NCBI GenBank assembly: GCA_003139855.1
Contig: PLGY01000025.1
Span: 9,289-73,288, forward strand
DNA length: 64,000 nucleotides
Direction: 5' to 3'
Source of the DNA: Methanobacteriota archaeon
GTDB lineage: Archaea > Halobacteriota > Bog-38 > Methanoflorentales > Methanoflorentaceae
Each line of letters begins with the position of its first letter. The stretch's first letter is position 1. Below the pieces are notes generated by a model. The model saw only the letters and a list, made by a program, of their open reading frames with translations. It was not told where the DNA came from and made no database searches. The position numbers and the translations under genes are program-made. Shown here in pieces: positions 9,721 to 18,511 of this stretch.

Positions 9721-9826
9721 TGCGGGGGGTGCGATTTGAACGCACGAACTCCTACGAGACAGGGTATCTTACTTGCACGTCGCAGCCCTAAGCCCTGCGC
9801 CTTTGACCTAGCTTGGCAACCCCCGC
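9721..9826 (-). tRNA. tRNA-Leu(UAG) with a 21-nt intron at 37/38
   Basis: Folded by hand. The acceptor is GCGGGGG/CCCCCGC and the D arm is GCC..GGC. The anticodon stem is CAGGG/CCCTG with loop CTTAGG|intron|A. A long variable arm and the T arm GTGCG-TTCAAAT-CGCAC are present. The intron is at 9766-9786. Confidence 0.9.
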
Positions 9827-9835
9827 TAAGCACTC

Positions 9836-10420
9836 TTATGTGTTGCCATTATTTAAAAATCTGGCTGCAGCGTATGCAACGATAATGAAGACCGGTGTAA
9901 GCAGGAAAGTGAAAATGGTGATCTGCGTGATATCGCCTGGCGGTATGGGTGGGTGAGTGCCCAAAAAATAATCCGCGTAATCGTTTGCAAAAAACCATAT
10001 GAGCGCGACGGCGACGAACCTCGGCCTCAGCTGTCGAATTAACATCACCGGCAGAATGAACTCGGCAGCCATCGCGACGTGCAAAAGAACCAACAGTGAG
10101 TAAAAACTACTGTCGATTGAAAAATAGAACCCAGCGAACGCTAAAATGACGAATACGGTCCACGTGCCGTATTTTGCCAATCCTATTGCGGTGATGAAAT
10201 TGACAAGATCGGAACTGCGCCTCTTACTCACGTAAACGGCGAGGATTGCCGCCGCGAGCATAGTGTACAGAGGGCAGTCTGGAATGAATATCCAATAAAC
10301 CGGGCTCGAAGAAACCAGCTGATCCCAGTAGTAGTAGAAGCCGATTAACGTTCCCGCGACGTTGATAATTATGATCGCAACTAATAGCGGCGTGTTTTCC
10401 AAGATACCGCGGAGTTTCAC
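9836..10420 (-). CDS. DUF1405-like integral membrane protein
   Basis: 194 aa with about 6 hydrophobic helices. It has a 4-nt overlap with the upstream acetyltransferase gene. Confidence 0.55.
   Translation of the reverse strand: MKLRGILENTPLLVAIIIINVAGTLIGFYYYWDQLVSSSPVYWIFIPDCPLYTMLAAAILAVYVSKRRSSDLVNFITAIGLAKYGTWTVFVILAFAGFYFSIDSSFYSLLVLLHVAMAAEFILPVMLIRQLRPRFVAVALIWFFANDYADYFLGTHPPIPPGDITQITIFTFLLTPVFIIVAYAAARFLNNGNT
9849..9860 (-). promoter_or_regulatory. TATA box for tRNA-Leu(UAG), embedded in the 3' end of the upstream CDS
   Basis: The minus strand reads TTTTTAAATAA about 25-30 nt upstream of tRNA position 1 (9826). Confidence 0.4.
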
Positions 10421-10995
10421 GTCGTGTATTCACTCCTAATCTCTCGAGCGGGCACACCGCCGACCAGAGCGTCGCTGGTGATGTCTCGGTTAACAAGAGA
10501 GCAAGCAGAAACCGTAGCTCCGCTTCCGATGACTACGCCTGCTAGGACAGTCGAGTTTGCTCCTATCAGAACATTTTTGCCGATTTCGATCGGGCCTTTT
10601 TTCCATTTGCCTATCAGGAATTCGTGACAAAGCAGGGTAGACCCGTATCCGATGATGGAGTTGTCGCCAATTTCTATAAGTTCAGGAAAAAAGATGTCAA
10701 AAGTGACTTCCAGACCGACAGAAACGTTCTTGCCGATTTTGATCCCAATTGAACGATATAGCGCGTTTTTTGTTTTCAGCGAAGGCATCGAGCCGCATAC
10801 GCGCACAACGACGTAGTTTAGGGCCACTCGCAGCGGGTTTTTGACTTTGGACCAGTCCCACATTGAGTTACGTTCGTGAGCCGCATACTCTGTTAATCGA
10901 CGCACGTAGTATTCAACGCCTATCTCTCGATTTATAGTTTTACCAAAACATTTAATTTCAATGCCGAGAGGATTCTGAGTGTAATTTTGGTTCAT
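10417..10995 (-). CDS. Hexapeptide-repeat (LbH) acyl/acetyltransferase
   Basis: 192 aa. Left-handed beta-helix repeats are visible (IGDNSIIGYGSTLL...IGKNVLIGANSTVLAGVVIGSGATV). Confidence 0.75.
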   Translation of the reverse strand: MNQNYTQNPLGIEIKCFGKTINREIGVEYYVRRLTEYAAHERNSMWDWSKVKNPLRVALNYVVVRVCGSMPSLKTKNALYRSIGIKIGKNVSVGLEVTFDIFFPELIEIGDNSIIGYGSTLLCHEFLIGKWKKGPIEIGKNVLIGANSTVLAGVVIGSGATVSACSLVNRDITSDALVGGVPAREIRSEYTT

Positions 10996-11031
10996 TTAAC
11001 TAGTAAGTCAATTGGAAAACGGAGGCCTGTC

Positions 11032-12345
11032 ATGTTTGGATCTTCCGGAATTCGCGGAGTGGCCAACAAGGAGCTGACCTCAGAATTGGCGCTCAGTGTT
11101 GGGCTAGCCGTCGGATCTCGATGCAAATCTGCCGTTATAGGCAGAGATCCTCGGATCGCAAGCGAGATGGTTGAATATGCGCTTATCTCAGGGCTCACCG
11201 CCTGCGGGTGTGACGTCACTCGAATCGGCCTCGTCTCGACGCCGACTCTTTCTTACGCAGCCCGAAACTACGAATGTGGGGTTATGGTTACCGCCTCACA
11301 TAACCCTGCTGAATATGTTGGCATCAAATTGTGGAACGCAGATGGCACTTCATTTAATAGCGAGCAGCAGGAAGACATCGAGTCATTGATTACGGAAGAA
11401 GAATCGCACCCTGCGTACAGGGGTAACCGGGCCGGCTGGGATGCTATTGGCAACATTGCGTCTTATGGCAATGCCATCGATGACCATAAAAAGAACATCC
11501 TTAGTCATTTCACCGACGTAAGCTGTCGCGCGGTTGTCGATTGCGGCTCAGGCGCAGGGGGGACGATCACACCATATGTGCTTAGAGAGATGGGGTGCGA
11601 CATCATCACGCTGAATGCGCAGCCCGATGGATTTTTCCCCGCAAGAAATCCAGAGCCAATAGAAAGCAACTTAAACCTCCTCATTGAAGCTGTGCGAAGC
11701 TTCCACGCCGATATCGGTATAGCCCACGACGGTGACGCTGATCGTATGATGGCGGTGGACCGAAGTGGCAGGTATATTGCCGGCGATGAAATGCTCGCAT
11801 TGTTCGGCGTGAACGAGGCAAAAAAGATTGCAGTTTATCCCGTTGACGTTTCGCACATGGTCGATGACGTTCTCACCTGCGCAATTCATCGAACACGCGT
11901 AGGTGACGTGTACGTCGCGGAAGAGGTCAAGCGTGCAGGAGCGGACTTCGGTGGCGAAAGTAGCGGCAGCTGGATTTTTCCCCGGATTTCATATACTCCG
12001 GACGGCATCTATGCGGCGGCACTGATCGTGTCGATCGCTAATCAGCAATCGATCTCCGACGTGATTGCACGGTTTCCTAAGTATCACATTTTGCGCGGGT
12101 CGGTCGCCTACAACGGTGGAAGCGATCCAATGGCTGCGATTACTGAAGAATTGCGTTCTCTCGAATATGTTGAGATAATGACTATTGATGGCGTAAGGCT
12201 TGATTTTGAAGACGGTTGGATACTAGTGAGAAGATCAGGAACAGAACCGAAGATAAGGATTACTGCGGAGGCAAGAGACTCAGCGATGGCAAAACGGCTT
12301 TATGAAAAAGCGTCAGCAATAGTGCAGAGGCACATGCCATGTTAG
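11032..12345 (+). CDS. glmM: Phosphoglucosamine mutase / phosphohexomutase
   Basis: The N-terminus is MFGSSGIRG and the active-site loop is TASHNPAEYVGIKL. The metal loop DGDADR is present. GGAGG lies 7 nt upstream of the ATG at 11032. Confidence 0.85.
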   Translation: MFGSSGIRGVANKELTSELALSVGLAVGSRCKSAVIGRDPRIASEMVEYALISGLTACGCDVTRIGLVSTPTLSYAARNYECGVMVTASHNPAEYVGIKLWNADGTSFNSEQQEDIESLITEEESHPAYRGNRAGWDAIGNIASYGNAIDDHKKNILSHFTDVSCRAVVDCGSGAGGTITPYVLREMGCDIITLNAQPDGFFPARNPEPIESNLNLLIEAVRSFHADIGIAHDGDADRMMAVDRSGRYIAGDEMLALFGVNEAKKIAVYPVDVSHMVDDVLTCAIHRTRVGDVYVAEEVKRAGADFGGESSGSWIFPRISYTPDGIYAAALIVSIANQQSISDVIARFPKYHILRGSVAYNGGSDPMAAITEELRSLEYVEIMTIDGVRLDFEDGWILVRRSGTEPKIRITAEARDSAMAKRLYEKASAIVQRHMPC

Positions 12346-13571
12346 CGGTCATACTTGGTGCAGGCGAAGGCACACGGATGCACCCATTGACCTATAACCG
12401 CCCCAAAGTCATGCTCCCGGTACTAGGCACGCCCATACTCGAACGTATAGTTAGCTCATGTGTCAAAGCAGGCATTTTGCGCGTAATAATCGTAACCGGT
12501 TACCACGAGGAAGCAATTCGTTCACATTTCGATAAAGCGGAGCTCGGAGCCCAGATTGAGTACGTCAGGCAAGAAAAGCAATGCGGGACGGCTAACGCAA
12601 TTAACCAGGTTAGGGATCTCGTAGATGAGCGTTTTCTCGCGCTAAATGGTGATAGCTTGGTAAGTCCACGCACATTGAAGCTCCTCGCAGAGACAGCCCC
12701 AGACCGATTAGTCCTTATCGCGGCAAAAAGAGTGAAAGAACCGAGCAACTACGGCATACTTGAAGTCACTGACGACGCTGTGGTTCGAATAGCGGAAAAA
12801 CCCAACGAACCCGTGTCTGATTTGGCAAACCTCGGTATTTACGCCTTTGAGCCGGATATTTTCGAGTGCATAGCTGAGACGCGGAAGTCGGCAAGGGGGG
12901 AGTACGAGATCACTGACACTATACAATTGCTGATCGATCAGGGCTACCGCGTTGGGTACGTGAAGGTTGAGGAGCAGTGGATCGACATAGGAAGGCCCTG
13001 GGACCTGTTGAGCGCGAATGAGCTTCTGTTGCAGACGCTCGAGAGCGCGAATGAAGGGGTCGTCGAGCCTCTTGCGACGTTAAGAGGTGTGGTGCGAATC
13101 GGGCGTGGGTCAGTCATAAAAAATGGCGCGTACGTTACTGGGCCGGTCATAATCGGCGAAGGATGTGAAATCGGGCCCAACTGCCTCTTACGCGCAGGTG
13201 CCTGCATAGGGAATCGAGTCAAGATCGGCAATGCCGTCGAAGTGAAAAACTCAATCATAATGGATGACAGCAAAATCGGACACTTGTCGTACGTCGGGGA
13301 CAGCATCATCGGCATGCGCTGCAATTTCGGTGCCGGTACCACAGTCGCCAATCTGCGCTTTGACGAGAAGCTTATTAAACTCGGGGGCGCGGACACCGGT
13401 AGGCGGAAACTAGGCGTCATCATGGGTGACGACGTGCGCACAGGCATTAACAGCATGATAAACGTCGGCACGTCGATTGGTCCCGGATCGACACTCGGCG
13501 TGGGTGCCGTGGCTGCCGGAGTTTATCCTCCAGGGTCGCGAATCGAATCGAAATCTACGACGCTGCAATGA
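12339..13571 (+). CDS. Bifunctional sugar-1-phosphate nucleotidylyltransferase / LbH acetyltransferase (archaeal GlmU-like)
   Basis: 410 aa. The N-terminus is LGAGEGTRMHPLTYNRPKVMLPV and the C-terminus carries a hexapeptide beta-helix. It overlaps the glmM stop by 7 nt. Confidence 0.8.
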   Translation: MLAVILGAGEGTRMHPLTYNRPKVMLPVLGTPILERIVSSCVKAGILRVIIVTGYHEEAIRSHFDKAELGAQIEYVRQEKQCGTANAINQVRDLVDERFLALNGDSLVSPRTLKLLAETAPDRLVLIAAKRVKEPSNYGILEVTDDAVVRIAEKPNEPVSDLANLGIYAFEPDIFECIAETRKSARGEYEITDTIQLLIDQGYRVGYVKVEEQWIDIGRPWDLLSANELLLQTLESANEGVVEPLATLRGVVRIGRGSVIKNGAYVTGPVIIGEGCEIGPNCLLRAGACIGNRVKIGNAVEVKNSIIMDDSKIGHLSYVGDSIIGMRCNFGAGTTVANLRFDEKLIKLGGADTGRRKLGVIMGDDVRTGINSMINVGTSIGPGSTLGVGAVAAGVYPPGSRIESKSTTLQ

Positions 13572-13641
13572 AGCGCATCGCTTGATTGTAGATGATAAGC
13601 TATTTAGCCGATGGAGCTCGTAAGCTCAGAGGAGACGAGAC

Positions 13642-14946
13642 ATGCGTATTGCCGTTTTTATTGGGACGCGAGCGGAGCTAATAGGAATGGCCTCTTTCCT
13701 CAAGGAGGTCGACAAGAACCCTGATACAGAACTCGTTTTCACTCATACCGGACAACATTTTGACCGCGAAATGTATGAGAACTTGCTTAAGGATTTGGGT
13801 CTTCGAGACCCAGATTATGGCCTGTCGCTTGGCAACATGAGCTACAATAAGCAGATCTCCGGCATGATCAATCAAATCGATGATATATTGGATAAAGCGC
13901 GGCCTGACTTTGTGTTTGTTCAAGGCAACGTAATCTCGTCTTTTAGTGCAGCCATTGCATCGTCGATGAATTTTATTCCTGTCGGCCACATCGAATCGGG
14001 CTATCGCTCACTGCGGGACTTACACAGTGATGTAAGAAGGAAAGTCATCGAAATGTGCTCGACGATGTTTTTTCCTGTATGCAACACGGCCTACCTAAAC
14101 CTGCTTGAGGAGTGCTACGATCCTGATTGTGTCCACTACTTAGGTGATCCTCTCGTTGACGCACTTTTGGACTACAAGCCGACGGCGCAAAAGGCGGATT
14201 CTATCAAAGCGTTCTGTGAAGACGAACGACCGATTGTTTCAGTTGCGGTTAGGCTGCCGTGGAACATCGGAAGCCCAGAGGCGCTCGGCAGAATCACAAA
14301 AGCGGCGACTAGTCTCGATGAGTACAACGTTGTCATGTTATTACACCCAAATACCAGGAGACATCTCGTCAAATTCGGCCTAATGGAAAAACTGCAATCG
14401 TGTGAGAACATTCGTCTTATTGATCCATTGGCCTACACTGGCTTCATTAAACTGATGATGGACTCTCACGTGTTAGTCACCGATTCCGGGGGGCCTCAGA
14501 AAGAAAGCGCCATTTTGGAAACGCCGTGCATCACGCTGTCCGATAGCACCTATTACATTGAGACCGTTGAAAATGGGTGGAATAGGGTACTAGGAAATAG
14601 CCCGCACCCGGATGTCTTGACTGAAGCCGTACGCGCTACGGCGCCGGGAAAGAAAATAAGCGACCCGCTTAACGACGGGAAATCATCACAGCGAATAATT
14701 TCTAAAGTCGTTCAGCTGTTCGAAGAAAGACGTCTCACAATTTCTCCGCAAGTGTCAAAAACGAGCTTCTATGCTCACCTAACGGCTTTTTCTGAAGGGT
14801 TCATGGGCATGCGCACACGCGCCACCCCTCACGCTGACGGGACAGTTCAAGCGATGTTCGACCAAACAGGAGAAATCACGTTCGATCCGACGCAGGCTCA
14901 GATTGTGCGTACTTTCGGGCCAGTGCGAAACCCGAAAGAAATATGA
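13642..14946 (+). CDS. wecB: UDP-N-acetylglucosamine 2-epimerase (WecB family) with about 65-aa C-terminal extension
   Basis: 434 aa. It shows FTHTGQHFDREM, HIESG and VTDSGGPQKES, the epimerase_2 family pattern. Confidence 0.8.
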   Translation: MRIAVFIGTRAELIGMASFLKEVDKNPDTELVFTHTGQHFDREMYENLLKDLGLRDPDYGLSLGNMSYNKQISGMINQIDDILDKARPDFVFVQGNVISSFSAAIASSMNFIPVGHIESGYRSLRDLHSDVRRKVIEMCSTMFFPVCNTAYLNLLEECYDPDCVHYLGDPLVDALLDYKPTAQKADSIKAFCEDERPIVSVAVRLPWNIGSPEALGRITKAATSLDEYNVVMLLHPNTRRHLVKFGLMEKLQSCENIRLIDPLAYTGFIKLMMDSHVLVTDSGGPQKESAILETPCITLSDSTYYIETVENGWNRVLGNSPHPDVLTEAVRATAPGKKISDPLNDGKSSQRIISKVVQLFEERRLTISPQVSKTSFYAHLTAFSEGFMGMRTRATPHADGTVQAMFDQTGEITFDPTQAQIVRTFGPVRNPKEI

Positions 14947-14961
14947 AAAGTAAGGTTATGG

Positions 14962-15963
14962 ATGATTGACAGCTATACCTTCTTTTTGCTTGTAGTCTCG
15001 GTTCTGCTTTCATTTGTAGTCACGTTTGTTGTGACGCCGCCGCTTATCAAGAGAATGAAATCTGCGGGGGTGTCTGGCGTTGACGTTCACAAAGTTGAAA
15101 AGCCTGAGATTTCTGAAATGGGCGGCTTTGCTATCTACGCAGGGTTCGCTACGTCCATGATCTTCGCAGCTTTTTTGGGACTCAATTTAATGGTAATAGT
15201 GGTTTCACTGCTTGTGGTAACCCTATCAGCAATGGTGGGGGCCTTAGATGACGTGATGCACCTCGGCGCCATAGAAAAGCCGCTCCTCGGCTATTTCGCT
15301 GGCGTTGCGCTCATATTGACTGCGGGGAGCGACCCCTACCTTCTCGTGCCTTTGTTAGGAACGTTTTGGCTTGGACTCGCGTGGATCCCTATTGTGCCTT
15401 TTGCCGTCACAGCTGGGGCCAATGCAGTCAACACCTTTGCTGGATTCAATGGGATGGAGATCGGTTGCGGCGCCATAGTGACGTTTGCATTAATAGTCGT
15501 TGGACTGGTGTTGATATCGCCGACGGGAGGCGTCGCGGGACTTTTGATATTGGCGGCGCTACTAGGGGCCCTCTTAGGGTTTTTTCCGTATAATCGATAT
15601 CCTGCCCGCATATTTACGGGCGATATAGGGACGCTCTGCATCGGTAGCGCTATCGCCGTTGGCGCCATAGCGCTAAAAATCGAATTATTTGCGGTCATCG
15701 CGGCTTTGCCTTATATCGTCAACTACGGCATGGTATTGCTCTCTGTTGGAAAGGTAACCGAGAGTCACTTGTTTACGGCCACGCAGGTAACAAATGACGG
15801 GTACTTGACCCCCTCAAAGTCGTATTCCGTTCGAAAGAACTTGTCCGATTACATCTTGAGCAGGAGATCAATGAAAGAACCGGCACTAGTGAAAACGCTT
15901 TGGACTTTGTGCATAATATCCGCCGCAATAAGCATTTTGTTGGCGGTCTTGTCGGCTCGTTGA
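14962..15963 (+). CDS. Polyprenyl-phosphate HexNAc-1-phosphate transferase (MraY/WecA/AglH family)
   Basis: 333 aa polytopic protein with GALDDV, NAVNTFAGFNGMEIG and FTGDIGTLCIG motifs. Confidence 0.75.
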   Translation: MIDSYTFFLLVVSVLLSFVVTFVVTPPLIKRMKSAGVSGVDVHKVEKPEISEMGGFAIYAGFATSMIFAAFLGLNLMVIVVSLLVVTLSAMVGALDDVMHLGAIEKPLLGYFAGVALILTAGSDPYLLVPLLGTFWLGLAWIPIVPFAVTAGANAVNTFAGFNGMEIGCGAIVTFALIVVGLVLISPTGGVAGLLILAALLGALLGFFPYNRYPARIFTGDIGTLCIGSAIAVGAIALKIELFAVIAALPYIVNYGMVLLSVGKVTESHLFTATQVTNDGYLTPSKSYSVRKNLSDYILSRRSMKEPALVKTLWTLCIISAAISILLAVLSAR

Positions 15964-16137
15964 GACGTATGGTTCACGGCGACAGACTGGAAAAATGGCA
16001 ATGACTGCCTCTGGCAGTGTATAAGGACCAACAGCCTTGTGTGGCCGCAAGCATTGAGCCGTCCGTGGGTCGTCTGGTCACGACTCACGGAATTGGCTGT
16101 GGAAGTAGCTAGTTTTGCCCAATCTTAGCCGCTGGGG

Positions 16138-18453
16138 TTACAGCAGCTGTTGTGAATTGATGCTAACTGCGTCGATCGGAGATGTGTATCTCGCATCAAG
16201 AGTTCCGTTGGATGGGGGGTCCATCCATAGACTTACATACAGTGTGCTTGTTGACCCCAGAGTGGGCAGAATTTTTAACGGGCTAGAGCTGCCGCTTGTT
16301 GTAAAATCGATCGGCACTGCCTTAGTCTCCCCGACATTTAACGTCACTGGCTTGTACTGGTCTTGCCAAGCGATGTGCAAGCTCATCGGATCGCTGGCGT
16401 AATTCGTTACATAAACAACTCCTGAGTCGCCGTTCACTTCGACGTTGCTGATCAACGCGTATTGTGTAGGCGTTTGGGCGAGCTGGCTTTGGTTAATTTG
16501 GTAAATCACTACACCGTCATTCTGGAATACCTCTGTCATCACTGTGGGATCTGGAACGAAGTTCGAGAATGGAAATCCCCAGACGCTGCTCGAGTAATTT
16601 GCTTTGATCGGATCATAAACGAAGTAGTCTATGCCCAATTTTTTTGCTATGAGTAACTTGCTGGCGGAATCTGTGGAGCCGTTCATGAAATTGGAGAGGT
16701 CTGTGAGCTGTGATAACTGGTGGGTGACAACGTAGGAGTTTTCTGAGTCGGTTGATATTGCAGCTCGGGCACTGGTGAACGTGCTAATGTATTGCAAGAA
16801 AGTTGGATCTGACAATATGGTGTCATTGGATGTTGTGTGTTGATTGAGCCATTGCAGTGCGCTTATTTCGTCACCGGTGAGTTTTGGTTCCTGTGCGTTT
16901 ACGGCAAGGGCGCTGGCCGCGGCAATGTGAAATACCGGCGATAACACAGAGATAACCACAAAAGCGATGATAAGCATCGAGCGCATTGCCCGATTGTCTC
17001 GCCTCCGTCGCAAGCCTTGAACGCGCGGCTGCGGTTCATACGCGATCCGAAAAACAAGGAGTGCAGCGAGTATTGACAGCGGGAGAACGAGATAGAGTAT
17101 CGATTGCACCCCGCCTGCATTTTTCAAAGTGCCCGGTATGACGCGTTGAATAAGATAAGGCAAGTGCGGCGCCGCTACTCCTATAACACCGATTAGCGCA
17201 GGTACCAATGCCACGAGGAGCCAGCTTGAAACAAGCATGTTTCGCAGGTTTGTCTCAGCTCGGTCCCATAGGGCTGTTTTGTAAACCAGAATACTCAGAA
17301 TTGGGATGAGGCCAAGACTTGAAACCATGAAAGCTAGCGAGAACGCCGTCTGAGCCGAAAACACAAGGGAAACCGCAATTACTCCAGCCATCGCGATTAA
17401 AACCAAAATTATGATCAAATTAAGGCCATTTTTTGTCGTGTGGCCAACTACGGCAAACAGTCTGTCACGGCGTTTGTACGGTGACCGTAGATCGGTGCTC
17501 CCGCTAAAAAGCGCGCCTACTGCTGCGAGCCCCAACATGCCTGCCGACAAAGTCAAGATCTCCGGAATGCTCCATGGGAGAGTTTGGTACTGGCTATACA
17601 TGTACAGCCACCAGGGGGCGCTAATTATGACTGGCAGCACGACCATTGCGCTTATCTGCTTCAAATGCATTCGAGTGCCAAGATTAATCAGCACATAGAG
17701 TATGATGAAGACGGTGAAAATGTAATAAAACGTCGTGGTAGAAAGCCTGTGCGTAAAAATAAGCGTTGTTACGGTAAGAGCGCCTAGAAATGTATATTTT
17801 GATGTCAGGATAGACTTACCTACATCGTTCTTAATTGCAGCGTAGAGGTAGTATGTCGCAAGCATCATCAGTATCAGCCCGAAGCTTGACGCAACGATGT
17901 ATTGCGGCCCCAAAATTGCTGGGTTTGGGCTAAACGTCGCCGAAAAAAACGATGCCAAGGCGGCTATTCGCGTGTCGTCTGTGATTTTCTTTACTACGAC
18001 AAAAGTGGTGAGAACGAAGGCTACCAATATGAACGCCGAAAACCCCTGCAGCAGAACGAGCAGTTCGGAATTCATGCTAATATTCACTCCACCGAGTATA
18101 GCGACTGCGCCAAATATGATGGGGAGGCCAGGCGGTTCAATGTTATACCAGACGTCACCAGGGGCGGCGTTTGGATCATTTGCGCTTATCACGTTGGTTT
18201 GTTGGATATTTTTTGCTAAGGCGATGTTCGTCGCGGTGTCGTGATCAATCAAACCGGTGCCGCCGCTCCAGTATCCAGCGTAGCCCACGGTGATAAGCAG
18301 CAACGCGAGGGCCGTGAGCAAGATGCCCACCGACACTTTCTTGCCCAGCTCTCTCGAACGCGTTCGCTCACCCTTGTGACTGTGCTGCGTCGGTGGCGGC
18401 TGAGGTGATCCTAGTCTAGAATACCCTTGATTCTGCTCGTATCGCTCTCTCAT
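16138..18453 (-). CDS. Large polytopic membrane protein with C-terminal extracytoplasmic domain (GT-C-fold-like; function unknown)
   Basis: 771 aa with more than 12 predicted helices, followed by a soluble tail of about 250 aa that is rich in N-x-S/T sequons. I found no WWD(Y/W)G STT3/AglB motif by eye. Confidence 0.5.
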   Translation of the reverse strand: MRERYEQNQGYSRLGSPQPPPTQHSHKGERTRSRELGKKVSVGILLTALALLLITVGYAGYWSGGTGLIDHDTATNIALAKNIQQTNVISANDPNAAPGDVWYNIEPPGLPIIFGAVAILGGVNISMNSELLVLLQGFSAFILVAFVLTTFVVVKKITDDTRIAALASFFSATFSPNPAILGPQYIVASSFGLILMMLATYYLYAAIKNDVGKSILTSKYTFLGALTVTTLIFTHRLSTTTFYYIFTVFIILYVLINLGTRMHLKQISAMVVLPVIISAPWWLYMYSQYQTLPWSIPEILTLSAGMLGLAAVGALFSGSTDLRSPYKRRDRLFAVVGHTTKNGLNLIIILVLIAMAGVIAVSLVFSAQTAFSLAFMVSSLGLIPILSILVYKTALWDRAETNLRNMLVSSWLLVALVPALIGVIGVAAPHLPYLIQRVIPGTLKNAGGVQSILYLVLPLSILAALLVFRIAYEPQPRVQGLRRRRDNRAMRSMLIIAFVVISVLSPVFHIAAASALAVNAQEPKLTGDEISALQWLNQHTTSNDTILSDPTFLQYISTFTSARAAISTDSENSYVVTHQLSQLTDLSNFMNGSTDSASKLLIAKKLGIDYFVYDPIKANYSSSVWGFPFSNFVPDPTVMTEVFQNDGVVIYQINQSQLAQTPTQYALISNVEVNGDSGVVYVTNYASDPMSLHIAWQDQYKPVTLNVGETKAVPIDFTTSGSSSPLKILPTLGSTSTLYVSLWMDPPSNGTLDARYTSPIDAVSINSQQLL

Positions 18454-18511
18454 TAGACGTGGACTACCTCAAAACGTGTAATAATAAATCTCATTTATAG
18501 AATCGCATGTC

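Noticed and set aside
12944-13471. A 175-aa ORF lies antisense within the GlmU-like gene. Many similar embedded ORFs occur elsewhere, for example 8637..8891, 15336..15698, 17897..18244, 31422..31793, 42298..42774, 47990..48508 and 52911..53279.
   Set aside because: Each lies entirely inside, and opposite to or out of frame with, a gene that has strong family signatures. Their compositions are Ser/Arg/Pro-rich, as expected for shadow frames.
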